Of a stretch of 64,000 nucleotides of DNA, positions 40,877-50,985 are shown one piece after another. The stretch's first letter is position 1. Each line of letters starts with the position of its first letter. The stretch lies in the NCBI GenBank assembly GCA_963664705.1, contig OY761556.1, positions 5,888,001 through 5,952,000 on the forward strand, written 5' to 3'. Source of the DNA: Acidobacteriota bacterium. GTDB lineage: Bacteria > Acidobacteriota > UBA6911. The translations under genes were made by a program, and so were the position numbers. The notes beneath the pieces were generated by a model. The model had not been told where the DNA came from and searched no databases. It saw only the letters and a program-made list of their open reading frames with translations.

Positions 40877-41392
40877 ATGGCACAAAGAACTTCTTTTGGG
40901 ATTATCGGTTTGCTGCTCGCCGTTACATTGCAGCTGCAGGCAGGCACGGCATCAGTGCAGAAGACAACCTGGGAGGGGCTTTCCATCGTGCTGGGCAAGC
41001 AGGTTACGATTGTAATGCCCGGAGGAACCATCATCAGGGGCAAAGCAAAAGCGGTTGAGCCGGATGCTCTGACCATGCAGGTTAAACAAACAACGGATCC
41101 GATCGCTTATCCCAAAGGCTTTCTGCGTATTCCACGCGAGACATTAAGGGTTTTGCAGCTGCAAACGAAAGGAACCAAGTTTCGGATCATTGGGACGGCT
41201 TTGGGCGCTGTTGCAGGACTGGCTGGTGGGGGAGGCGCGGCTATTGCCATTCAAGGAGGAATCCTAAGCAACAATAATCCTGGGGGAGCCGCTGCGGCTC
41301 TCATTGGGATTACGGCTGTCGGAACGACGGTCGGATACCTGACGGGAGATAAAGGAGATACGCGTTCACTGATTATCGAGATTGTGCAGTAG
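40877..41392 (+). CDS. Secreted protein with a C-terminal glycine-zipper hairpin
   Basis: RBS GGAGG; signal peptide, Sm-like beta segment, GxxxG repeats. Confidence 0.8.
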   Translation: MAQRTSFGIIGLLLAVTLQLQAGTASVQKTTWEGLSIVLGKQVTIVMPGGTIIRGKAKAVEPDALTMQVKQTTDPIAYPKGFLRIPRETLRVLQLQTKGTKFRIIGTALGAVAGLAGGGGAAIAIQGGILSNNNPGGAAAALIGITAVGTTVGYLTGDKGDTRSLIIEIVQ

Positions 41393-41479
41393 AAACGTTC
41401 TCTTCCAACAGTTATTTCTTTGAACTGGTATATGAATTGAGGCATGTGGTTTAATCATCGCTATAGACGAGGTGTTTTG

Positions 41480-41716
41480 ATGGATAGGGCGGGAAGATTC
41501 AAAAAGGCCAAGAAAGATGACGGCAGTCAGTATATCGGAATGGGTGTCGGTCTTGGGCTTGCTATCGGAGCAGGAGTCGGCACAGCCATTGGAAATATTG
41601 CCATCGGTATAGGCTGTGGCCTGGCGCTCGGGATCAGCCTTGGGTCTCTGATGGCGGGGAAAGCAAAACGGGCGGCAGACAAAACACGAGCAAATCTTCC
41701 CGGTTCAAATTCGTAG
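41480..41716 (+). CDS. Small glycine-zipper membrane protein
   Basis: GMGVGLGLAIGAGVGTAIGNIAIGIGCGLALG. The last 12 codons lie inside the tandem repeat. Confidence 0.75.
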   Translation: MDRAGRFKKAKKDDGSQYIGMGVGLGLAIGAGVGTAIGNIAIGIGCGLALGISLGSLMAGKAKRAADKTRANLPGSNS

Positions 41717-43010
41717 TAGATTAAATCCTAGGTTTATATTCTTTCCTGCTTCTGGGAAGCACGTTGGTTCCTGAACCATCCCAGGCTGGTTGTTGATTAG
41801 TTTTTGTATTTGAACCGCGAAGACCTCGAAGACCGCAAAGAATTATTGGATCATTTTGCTGCTGGGCAATGAGATAGAGAGATGGATAGGAAAGAAGTTG
41901 AGCATCATATTGTCGATTCCGCGGTGCCTAATGTATGAAGCATCAAGGATGGAATCCAGCGCATGATCTGGCGAGAACGATAACCGCAAAACCTGCAATA
42001 ATATTTTCCTTCGCGGTCTTTGAGGTCTTCGCGGTTAATGGGGTTACTGATTCGGCCAAGTCAGGGGACAAAACACGAGCAAATCTTCCCGGTTCAAATT
42101 CGTAGTAGATTAAATCCTAGGTTTATATTCTTTCCTGCTTCTGGGAAGCACGTTGGTTCCGGAACCATCCCAGGCTGGTTATTGATTAGTTTTTATATTT
42201 GAACCGCGAAGACCTCGAAGACCGCAAAGAATTATTGGATCATTTTTGCTGCCGGGCAATGAGATAGAGAGATGGATAGGAAAGAAGTTGAGCATCATAT
42301 TGTCGATTCCGCGGTGCCTAATGTATGAAGCATCAAGGATGGAATCCAGCGCATGATCTGGCGAGAACGATAACCGCAAAACCTGCAATAATATTTTCCT
42401 TCGCGGTCTTTGAGGTCTTCGCGGTTAATGGGGTTACTGATTCGGCCAAGTCAGGGGACAAAACACGAGCAAATCTTCCCGGTTCAAATTCGTAGTAGAT
42501 TAAATCCTAGGTTTATATTCTTTCCTGCTTCTGGGAAGCACGTTGGTTCCGGAACCATCCCAGGCTGGTTGTTGATTAGTTTTTGTATTTGAACCGCGAA
42601 GACCTCGAAGACCGCAAAGAATTATTGGATCATTTTGCTGCCGGGCAATGAGATAGAGAGATGGATAGGAAAGAAGTTGAGCATCATATTGTCGATTCCG
42701 CGGTGCCTAATGTATGAAGCATCAAGGATGGAATCCAGCGCATGATCTGGCGAGAACGATAACCGCAAAACCTGCAAAAATATTTTCCTTCGCGGTCTTT
42801 GAGGTCTTCGCGGTTAATGGGATTACTGATTTGGCCAAGTCAGGGGACAAAACACGAGCAAATCTTCCCGGTTCAAATTCATAGAGAATAAATCCCGGAA
42901 GTCGGAGCCCCCTGGGAGCGCAGCTTCCATATTCCCTGGCCCATATTCTTCCCTGCTTCTGGGAAGCACTTTGGTTTCCGGACCATCCTGGGCTGGTTCT
43001 TGGCTGAGTC
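41678..43010. repeat. Tandem array: 3 near-identical 389/390-bp units plus a partial diverged 4th
   Basis: Units start GACAAAACACGAGC at 41678, 42067, 42457 and 42846. The units differ by a few SNPs and one 1-bp indel. Confidence 0.97.
41813..42036 (+). mobile_element. MITE/REP-like element with an internally deleted GxxExxY-like gene (first of 3 copies)
   Basis: Arms AACCGCGAAGACCTCGAAGACCGCAAAG / CTTCGCGGTCTTTGAGGTCTTCGCGGTT. Internal 41882-41983 reads MDRKEVEHHIVDSAVPNV*SIKDGIQRMIWRER*. Confidence 0.65.
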
Positions 43011-43023
43011 CAGGCGGCTAGCC

Positions 43024-46000
43024 TCATCCACGCCGTTTTTTCATAACCCGGCGAATTGCCCATCCGATACCATCGGGCTGTACAGGTTTCTCCACAAATT
43101 CAGTAATTCCCTCGAGCGTTCCTCTAACTTCGCGCGCGGATTTGGCAAAGCCGCTGCACAGCACTAATGGAATGGTCGGCCGCAGTTCATAAATCAGGTG
43201 AGCCAGATCTGTGCCCGTCATTTTGGGCATCGTCAAATCGGTTACGATCACGTCAAAATCATCCGGGTGAAGTTGAAAGTAGTTCGCCGCTTCCAAGGCA
43301 TCGGAGAAGGCCGTCACTTTATAGCCGAATCGTTGCAGCCCCGTCTGATTAATCTCCACAATTGCTTTTTCATCGTCCACGAAAAGGACGCGTTCTGTGC
43401 CCGAGGGAATCATGGCTGTGTCCGTATCCGGCGATTCTGACTCTGCGTTGATACAGATGGGGAAAAACAGGTCAAATCTTGTTCCTTTGCCCAACTCACT
43501 CGAGACGCTGATGGCACCCGCATGTTGGCCGATAATGCTATGAACAATGGCGAGTCCCAATCCGGTCCCTTCGCCGGGTTTTTTGGTAGTAAAATAGGGT
43601 TCGTAAATTCTTTGCAAAGTTGCCTCGCTCATGCCGCTCCCGTTGTCGCTCACGCCAATCACTGCGTGCATGCCCGGTTTCAGAGGAGGATGCGCTGAGG
43701 CCTCGCGGGAAGACAGATTTCTTTCCTCGAGGGAAATTTCGATTTGGCCGCCGGTCTCTCGCAATGCATGATAAGCATTGGTGGTAAGGTTCAGAAGCAC
43801 CTGATGGATCTGAGTGGCATCTGCCAGTACCGGGCCACACGATGAAGCCAGCCGGTGTTTTATCTCGATATTCGCAGGGATTGAGGCTCGCAGCAGGGTT
43901 AGTACCTCCGTGATAATCGTCGGAAGCCTCAGCGGCTGTTTTTCCCCCTCGGTTTGTCGACTGAAAGTAAGGATCTGTTTGACCAAATCTTTTGCTCGTG
44001 TACATGCCTTCAGTATTCCGCCAACCTCCGCTTTGACGTTTTCATCATCCGGCGCATCTCCCTGGATTAGTTGGGAAAAGCCTATGACGACACTCAGAAT
44101 GTTATTGAAGTCGTGAGCAATGCCGCCGGCCAGTGTGCCGATTGCCTCCATTTTCTGAACATGGCGCAATTGTGCTTCGAGTTGTTTGCGTTCGGTCACA
44201 TCTCGAGCGATGCTGTGAAGATATTGCTTGCCATCGATAAGCACACGGTGATGTCCGAATTCCATGTCCAATCTCCGGCCATCTTTTGTATAGATCACAG
44301 TCTCGTCCAGTATGTCCTCGCCGGATAGAACTCGACGCTGGATTTCCTCGAACCTGACAAGATTGGTATCTCTATTCAAATCCGGGCCCCGCATGGTCAG
44401 CAGTTCATCCTTTGAATAGCCGGTCATTCTGACGGCCGCTTCGTTCACATCCATAATCATCGAATTGGCATCACTGATCATGATTGCGTCCCGTGATCCC
44501 TCAAAAATCGCCTTCTGCCAGTCCATTGCCTTCCGACGCTCTTCCTCCGCATTTTTTCTCTCCGTGATATCGCGGTCTATCCCGCGATACCCGGAAAAAT
44601 TGCCTTGCGCATCCCAAATAGGAACTCCGTTTGTTTCGAGCACAACCTCCCGCCCATCTTTGTGCAGGTTGATATTCTGCAATCCCGAGAAGGGAAGACG
44701 GGAGCTTTTGAATACCTTCAATAGCAGAGATACCCGGTACGCTTCTTCCACAGGCATCAAGTCGAATGGGCTTTTTCCAATCACTGCTTCAGGTTCATAT
44801 CCCAAGAGGTCCTTTATCTTGGGGCTCACATAGGTGTAGATCCCGTCCGCATTCACTTCCCATACCAGGTCACTGGTGGTCTCCACGAGAGCTCGGAATT
44901 GTCGTTCTCTATACCGCAAAGCCTCCTCAATCTCTCGGCGGTCTGTAATATCACTCAGTGCCCAAATTGAACCTTCCTCCAGGTTCCCTGAGAGTGCCTG
45001 TCCTGTAAGGCTGCACCAAATGAGGGAGGCATTCTTTTTCCTCATGGGGGTTTCAATGGTATAGGGTAGTCCCTTTGCGAGTTGGGGATACCCATCCTCC
45101 TGAACCCGGAGATAGTCTTCAGAGTTTGAATACAAAATCAAAGTGTCCTGGCCGGTCAATTCCTCTGCCGCATAGCCGAATATCTCCGCAAAAGCAGGAT
45201 TTACCCACTGTATTTTCCTGTTTTTCAAATGACATATCCCCATGCTTATGGTGTTGAGGATCGTTCTTTGTTCATTTGCGAGCTGCCGGACCTGTTCCAT
45301 CGTATGCTTGTGTTCCGTGATATCGAGATGCACTCCCATGGTACGATGAGGTTTGCCGGAGGAATCCCGGGAGACAAGCTTTCCACGATCAAGAACCCAG
45401 ACCCAGGATCCCGATTTGTTTCGGATTCGATATTCCGCGCTATAGTGTTCCGTTTTCCCATTCAGATGATTGGAGGCAGCTCTCTCGACCTCCTGCAGAT
45501 CATCAGGATGGATGAGTGCATTGAAATTCTGCAGTGTCGGCTCAAACTCTCCGGGCTGGTAACCCAGATTTTCCAGCCATCCTTCGCGGTCAATGACCTC
45601 GCCGGTTTGATTATTCAGATCCCAGCTGGACATACCTGCGGCTTCAAGAGCAAGCTTAAGTCTCTCCCTGGATTCATTGGCTATGGCCTCGGCCCTTTTG
45701 CGCTTGGAAATGTCTCGAATATTCATCACCACGCCTTTAACCCCCGGATCCTGGAGCAGGTTGGAACCCACTGCCTCGAGATGCACCCAGTTTCCGTTAC
45801 TATGTCGATAGCGATATTCATACCTGGCAAGCCCGTTCGGTTGCTTCATTACTTCGCCCAAAGCTATTATCGCGCCCTCCCGATCGTCCGGGTGAATACG
45901 ATCAACTCCAACCGAGCCGATCAACTCCTCGGGCTTGAATCCCACAATTCTTTCGATGGGGCCGCTTATATCGGTCAAAATGCTCGTTTCATCAACTATG

Positions 46001-46590
46001 GCGATGATGTCATTAGAGTATTGAACCAAGCGTTTGAATCGTTCCTCGCTCGTCCTCAGAGCTTCTTCAGCTTGACGGCGCCTGGTGATATCAATGTGCA
46101 CACCTGCGACGAGCACCGGTTCTCCCGATGGATCGCGCTCGACAACCTTGCCCTTATCCAACACGTAAATCCACGATCCGGATTTGGCTCGGACCCTGTA
46201 TTCATCCTCGTAAAAAGGGATTATTCCTTTGGAATGAGCCGCAAATGTCCGGCCCATACGCGGGGTATCCTCGGGATGGATATAGGGACCCCAATGCAGA
46301 GTATCGGACTTGATTTCTCCCACCTCGTATCCAAGCATATTCAGCCAATGTTCATCGTCTCTTACTCTTCCGGTCTGAACATTCCACTCCCAAGTCCCCA
46401 TATCCGCCCCTTGCAGAATGAATGCCAGTCGCTCCTGGCTTTCCTTGGCAGCGGCTTCCGCCTGTTCGATCCGAATTTCATATTGACGGCGCTCCAATTC
46501 CAGGGTGCTGCTGAGTTCCTTGACCTCCCGGCGGAGCCGAAGGAGTTCATCGTTGATTTCAGCCGGTATTTTTTCGGTTTTTTTAGCCAT
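43024..46590 (-). CDS. Hybrid multi-PAS histidine kinase/response regulator
   Basis: ~6 PAS/PAC domains, AGGIAHDFNN, GTGLGL, REC. Confidence 0.95.
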   Translation of the reverse strand: MAKKTEKIPAEINDELLRLRREVKELSSTLELERRQYEIRIEQAEAAAKESQERLAFILQGADMGTWEWNVQTGRVRDDEHWLNMLGYEVGEIKSDTLHWGPYIHPEDTPRMGRTFAAHSKGIIPFYEDEYRVRAKSGSWIYVLDKGKVVERDPSGEPVLVAGVHIDITRRRQAEEALRTSEERFKRLVQYSNDIIAIVDETSILTDISGPIERIVGFKPEELIGSVGVDRIHPDDREGAIIALGEVMKQPNGLARYEYRYRHSNGNWVHLEAVGSNLLQDPGVKGVVMNIRDISKRKRAEAIANESRERLKLALEAAGMSSWDLNNQTGEVIDREGWLENLGYQPGEFEPTLQNFNALIHPDDLQEVERAASNHLNGKTEHYSAEYRIRNKSGSWVWVLDRGKLVSRDSSGKPHRTMGVHLDITEHKHTMEQVRQLANEQRTILNTISMGICHLKNRKIQWVNPAFAEIFGYAAEELTGQDTLILYSNSEDYLRVQEDGYPQLAKGLPYTIETPMRKKNASLIWCSLTGQALSGNLEEGSIWALSDITDRREIEEALRYRERQFRALVETTSDLVWEVNADGIYTYVSPKIKDLLGYEPEAVIGKSPFDLMPVEEAYRVSLLLKVFKSSRLPFSGLQNINLHKDGREVVLETNGVPIWDAQGNFSGYRGIDRDITERKNAEEERRKAMDWQKAIFEGSRDAIMISDANSMIMDVNEAAVRMTGYSKDELLTMRGPDLNRDTNLVRFEEIQRRVLSGEDILDETVIYTKDGRRLDMEFGHHRVLIDGKQYLHSIARDVTERKQLEAQLRHVQKMEAIGTLAGGIAHDFNNILSVVIGFSQLIQGDAPDDENVKAEVGGILKACTRAKDLVKQILTFSRQTEGEKQPLRLPTIITEVLTLLRASIPANIEIKHRLASSCGPVLADATQIHQVLLNLTTNAYHALRETGGQIEISLEERNLSSREASAHPPLKPGMHAVIGVSDNGSGMSEATLQRIYEPYFTTKKPGEGTGLGLAIVHSIIGQHAGAISVSSELGKGTRFDLFFPICINAESESPDTDTAMIPSGTERVLFVDDEKAIVEINQTGLQRFGYKVTAFSDALEAANYFQLHPDDFDVIVTDLTMPKMTGTDLAHLIYELRPTIPLVLCSGFAKSAREVRGTLEGITEFVEKPVQPDGIGWAIRRVMKKRRG

Positions 46591-46768
46591 GAACCCTTCT
46601 TCCGCTCAAAATTTGATGATTAAGCCGGGTGCCACGCATCTTCAGTGCGTCTGTTTGGATAGACATTTTATGTCAATTGGCCGAAAGGCTCGAATGGATT
46701 TGCAATGGGGCTGAGTTTGGAGCCCACTGGGAGCCCAGTAGTTTATGAGGCCAGGCCTGATGAATGCG

Positions 46769-49700
46769 CTAGTCAGCCGATTTGGCTAAGTGAGCTTTGC
46801 TCGGGGACTGAATGCTTTTCCGTATGGCGTCGATCAGCACCTCTGCCTGTCCGCTCTTTGTCAGATAATTCACCGTCCCCGCGTCCCGCATGGCTTGAGC
46901 CCGCTCGATGTCCTCGAACATGGATAACCCTATGATACGGACATCAGGCAACTGATGGCGGATAGCTCGCGTCGCTTCAACGCCACTCAGCTTGGGCATG
47001 CTGACATCCATCAGGATTACATCAGGCAGAAACCTGGCGGCAAGCTCTACCGCCTCCTGTCCATCCGCGGCTTGAGCAACGACCTCGATGTCCGGTTCAT
47101 CGGCCAGGAGATTGGCAATTCCCTGTCGTACGACCGCGTGATCATCGGCAAGCATTACGCGGATTTTGTGTACTGCCTCAGGATATTGAGGCGTCGTCGG
47201 TCGCGATGATGACACAACCGAACGGGACTGTGGCCCGGGTTCGTTCGCTCCCTGAGCAGTAATCGGCACACATAGGACAAATCGGCTCCCCCGGCCGGGT
47301 TCACTCTGAATCTCCAGCTTGCCGCCCACATACTGAAGGCGCTCCTGGATACTGAGCAGCCCAAAACCCCTGCTCCCCTCTCCGGGCAGAAGCATATCCG
47401 GATCAAAACCGGTCCCCTGATCGGAAACTGTTACCTGAAGCAAGCCCCCCAACTGCCGCAGATTGACTACGGCCGATCGCACCTGGGCATGTTTGACGAT
47501 GTTGAATAACAGCTCGCGGACTGATTGGAACAATAGTATCCTCAGATCTTCGGGAAGCGGTCCGCATTCATTCAACTCGAGATTCACAAAGAGTCCCTGG
47601 GTGTCGGCCATCCGCCTGGCGAGCCACTGCAGTCCTTCATTCAACCCCGCTTCGTGCAGAATGGGCGGACTCAATTCGGCAGTCAGCGAGCGCGATGTGC
47701 TGATGGATTCATCAAGCAATTCCTCCACCTCTTTGGCGGCCTGTTTTACCAGGTCGTCGCCACCACGTCCCAGAAGCGCCAATCGAAACTTGGCTGCAAC
47801 CAGGATCTGCTGCAGGTGATCATGCAGCAGGTTGGCCAAGCGACTCCTCTCGCGCTGCTCTGCCAAAGTCAATTCACCCGCAAGGGCCCGGAGCTGCGCT
47901 GCCCGCCTTTCGAGGTCTCCATTGGCCTGCCGAAGTGCCTCTTCCGCGAGTTTGAGGTCTTCAATATCCGTGCAAGTCCCAAACCACTTCACGGCCTCGC
48001 CATTGCCATCGAAAACCGGGACGCCGCGAATCAACCACCAGCGATAAGCACCATCGGCCCGGCGCAGCCTGCATTCCAGCGAATAGGAAGCCAGGTTGGT
48101 AACCGCGTTTTGCCAGGCATCCCAGGCACGCTGTTTATCCTCAGGGTGAAAGGGTATGTTCCATCCGTGGCCACAGCTTTCTTCCAGGCTGAGACCTGTG
48201 TACTCGACCCATTGGTGATTGAAGTAGGTATTCCATCCATCAGGCTGCGTGGTCCAGACGATCTGAGGAATAGCTTCAGCAAGCAGTCGAAATTCCCTTT
48301 CACTGATGGCCACCACTTCCGCAGCCTTCTGCGCCTCCTCCATTTGCTTGCGGGAGGTTATGTCCCGGTTTGTTTCCAGGATTCGCCTGATGCCGTCACT
48401 GCCATGAATGACCTGATGACGGGCCAAAACAATGACCTCCTGGCCATTCTTGGTGCGGTGCCGCAATTCTCCCTGCCAGTTTCCGGAGGAATGCAGAATG
48501 TTTTCGATTTCCAGCCACGGGATTGGAAAGATTGTCTGCAGCAGTTTGTGCGTGGTGCGCCCGATGGCTTCATCCGCAGTAAAACCGTAAAGGTCTTCTG
48601 CGCCCTGATTCCAGAACTCAATGCCTCCCTCATGCCGCCAGACGATGATGGCATCAAAAGAAAGCCGCAGCATCTTCGCCTGCTGGGCAATGATTCCCTC
48701 GGCTCGTTTGTGGTCGGTGATGTCGTTGTAGGTGCAGATCATCACTCCCATTTGATTGTCGCTTCCGAACAAGGGCTCGGCGCTGACCAGCATCCATTTG
48801 AGATCTTCTTTCATGGGCGACTTGACGGCCACGAGCTCGTTTCGGACAGCTCTGCCCGTTCTCGCCGCCCGGCGGACCGGATGCTCATCGACATGCAGCA
48901 GTTCTCCAAGCTCGTTGAACACCTGCCATTGGCTCCAGTCCCGGTCATTGACGCTTTTGATGCTCGATTCGTTGGGCAAATCGAACAGCTGGAGAAAGGC
49001 GGGGTTTACTATCGAGAAGCGCCCATGCTCATCAATCAACGCTACGGCTGAAATAATATTATCCGTAAGTATCTTGAACCGATTGCGGCTTTCGCTCAGT
49101 GCCTCCTCGGTCCGCTTCCGTTCGGTTATATCGCGCGCAGTGCCGACAAGCCCGATTACTTGTCCCTTTGTGTTGCAATAGGGCGCCTTGCTGGAGAGAT
49201 AGATGCGCGTTCCAGCCGGATTGGTAGCGACTTCCTCAACAACCTCTGCCTTGCCGGACTTCATGATGCGCCGATCGTTTTCCATGATGGCTAAACCCTC
49301 GGCTGGATTGTCGTAGAACTCAGCGTCCGTTTTGCCGATGCAGACTTCGGCTGGTTTGCCGATGATGGCCAATGTTGCCGGATTGGCCAGAATCAATCGG
49401 CCGAGTTGATCTTTAAGGTAGATTGCGTCCGGCGTGGCATTCAATACAGCCTTCACCATTGCTTCGTTCTCGCGCCACTCGGCCTCCGCTTGCCTGCGCT
49501 CCGTGATATCAATATCCATCTCGAGAATCAGAGGGGATCCGTCCGAATCGGTAAAGGGGAAGTCGTAGGCGTCGATAATGGCGCTTCCATCCGGAGAAGT
49601 GAATTCCCAGTGATGTGGCTGGCCGGTTTTCAACGGCACAAAGGATTCGCAGAAGGAACAAGGCTTATCGTACCCGCAGCAGTATTGATAGCAGCGCCGT

Positions 49701-49894
49701 CCGTTCGATTCGCCAAATTTTTTCCGGAAAGCCCGGTTGGCGAAGGCAACCTGGTAGTCCGGCGTCCGCAGGCAAACCATCACCGGCAGGGTTTCCAATA
49801 CATCAAACAGCAAGCCGCGATCAGTCCCATTGACATCGTGCCTTGTGGGACGCGGGCCTTTCTCTATTTTCCTGGCAATGGGTTTCCTGGGCAT
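46769..49894 (-). CDS. Multi-PAS HisKA_3 (NarX/UhpB-type) kinase fused to a NarL-type receiver
   Basis: ERSRLANLLHDHLQQ, NIVKHA, GFGLLSIQER, VMLADDHAVVRQG; Cys-rich first PAS. Confidence 0.93.
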   Translation of the reverse strand: MPRKPIARKIEKGPRPTRHDVNGTDRGLLFDVLETLPVMVCLRTPDYQVAFANRAFRKKFGESNGRRCYQYCCGYDKPCSFCESFVPLKTGQPHHWEFTSPDGSAIIDAYDFPFTDSDGSPLILEMDIDITERRQAEAEWRENEAMVKAVLNATPDAIYLKDQLGRLILANPATLAIIGKPAEVCIGKTDAEFYDNPAEGLAIMENDRRIMKSGKAEVVEEVATNPAGTRIYLSSKAPYCNTKGQVIGLVGTARDITERKRTEEALSESRNRFKILTDNIISAVALIDEHGRFSIVNPAFLQLFDLPNESSIKSVNDRDWSQWQVFNELGELLHVDEHPVRRAARTGRAVRNELVAVKSPMKEDLKWMLVSAEPLFGSDNQMGVMICTYNDITDHKRAEGIIAQQAKMLRLSFDAIIVWRHEGGIEFWNQGAEDLYGFTADEAIGRTTHKLLQTIFPIPWLEIENILHSSGNWQGELRHRTKNGQEVIVLARHQVIHGSDGIRRILETNRDITSRKQMEEAQKAAEVVAISEREFRLLAEAIPQIVWTTQPDGWNTYFNHQWVEYTGLSLEESCGHGWNIPFHPEDKQRAWDAWQNAVTNLASYSLECRLRRADGAYRWWLIRGVPVFDGNGEAVKWFGTCTDIEDLKLAEEALRQANGDLERRAAQLRALAGELTLAEQRERSRLANLLHDHLQQILVAAKFRLALLGRGGDDLVKQAAKEVEELLDESISTSRSLTAELSPPILHEAGLNEGLQWLARRMADTQGLFVNLELNECGPLPEDLRILLFQSVRELLFNIVKHAQVRSAVVNLRQLGGLLQVTVSDQGTGFDPDMLLPGEGSRGFGLLSIQERLQYVGGKLEIQSEPGRGSRFVLCVPITAQGANEPGPQSRSVVSSSRPTTPQYPEAVHKIRVMLADDHAVVRQGIANLLADEPDIEVVAQAADGQEAVELAARFLPDVILMDVSMPKLSGVEATRAIRHQLPDVRIIGLSMFEDIERAQAMRDAGTVNYLTKSGQAEVLIDAIRKSIQSPSKAHLAKSAD

Positions 49895-50098
49895 AACTAT
49901 TCCAATGAGGGAAATGAGCCACAGCCGAGGGGGGGGGGTAGGCTGTGCAAACTTTGAATAACCTATTCTATCTTAAAGTCAGGCTCTTTTATGGAAAATT
50001 AAGCATGCAGCGGATTTCAGGTGCACCTATTGATCGGCAGTGAACAGTCCTGCCATTGCCTCTATCATATCCGTGGGCCTATGCTTGGCACGGATGCG

Positions 50099-50923
50099 CT
50101 AAAGCAAATGGGAGTTGATGGACGCCAATTGCCATTTCGTACGCGTATAGGCACTCCGGAATCCATTGCGCTCGGCATTGCGCTGGGACTCGCTGCCTGC
50201 CTCTGCCACAATGGATGCCAGATCGCACCCGTGCTCAAAAGCATAGTTCAGGCGTGCTCGCAGAAGCGCTGACTGCAATCCGCGATGGCGCAGTTCTGGA
50301 ATTGTCGCCGCTCCCCCAAACAGGGCGACTCGCTCATGCGGGGACAGCAGTCCTGCCGCGCCGGGTTTTCCCTCAAATTCGGCAAGAAAGTACACACTGT
50401 TTTTCCGCGCGGAAGATAGCCTTCCGAATTGGCTGAAGAACTCCAGAAGTTCAGGATGATCGCTCGTCCATCCCCTGATGCTTATATCCGTCCACAGTTC
50501 CATCTCGTCGGGCTCAACAATGCGAACACGGATATGGCGGTTTGGCTCCTGCAACGGCTGTTCAATTGGCTGATATAGCACGCTGCTTATTTCAATGGGC
50601 CGGTAGTTCCGCGCGCATAGCAAATCCAAGGCGGCAACACCGGCCATTGGACTCACCTCGTGAAAAACGGCAGTCCCGCGCTCCAGGAAAAAGCGCTCAA
50701 GCGTATCCAGCGTTTCCGCGTTCAGGTCTTCAAACAACCCCAACCCAAAAGTCTGGGTAATAGGTGAGTCGGCGCCGTCGAAAGCAGCGTAGGCTCCTCC
50801 GCATTCGATCCACGCGGCTCCGCTTTCCGGGAAGAGTCTCTGCCTGGCCTCCACGAATTCGATGCATGCGCGCCCTTCGGCGCGTTCCAAACGTCTGGCG
50901 AGGTGGATGTCTGAATGTATCAT
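50099..50923 (-). CDS. GNAT family acetyltransferase
   Basis: ATIPELRHRGLQSALL...SQRNAERNGF. Confidence 0.88.
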   Translation of the reverse strand: MIHSDIHLARRLERAEGRACIEFVEARQRLFPESGAAWIECGGAYAAFDGADSPITQTFGLGLFEDLNAETLDTLERFFLERGTAVFHEVSPMAGVAALDLLCARNYRPIEISSVLYQPIEQPLQEPNRHIRVRIVEPDEMELWTDISIRGWTSDHPELLEFFSQFGRLSSARKNSVYFLAEFEGKPGAAGLLSPHERVALFGGAATIPELRHRGLQSALLRARLNYAFEHGCDLASIVAEAGSESQRNAERNGFRSAYTRTKWQLASINSHLL

Positions 50924-50985
50924 TGATGTATTCTACATGCCTCAACCGTGATTTCACTTAGATTCGCGCAGAAGTCATCACTCCC

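Noticed and set aside
41678-43010. CRISPR array
   Set aside because: The intervening sequences are near-identical and ~350 bp long, not unique spacers, and there are no cas genes.
42020-43063. Track ORFs within the tandem repeat (60, 69, 60 and 113 aa)
   Set aside because: They cross REP arms, are not consistently preserved across units, and have no recognisable motifs.
45229-49051. Long + strand ORFs (464 and 465 aa)
   Set aside because: Antisense shadows of the two PAS kinases, with no motifs.
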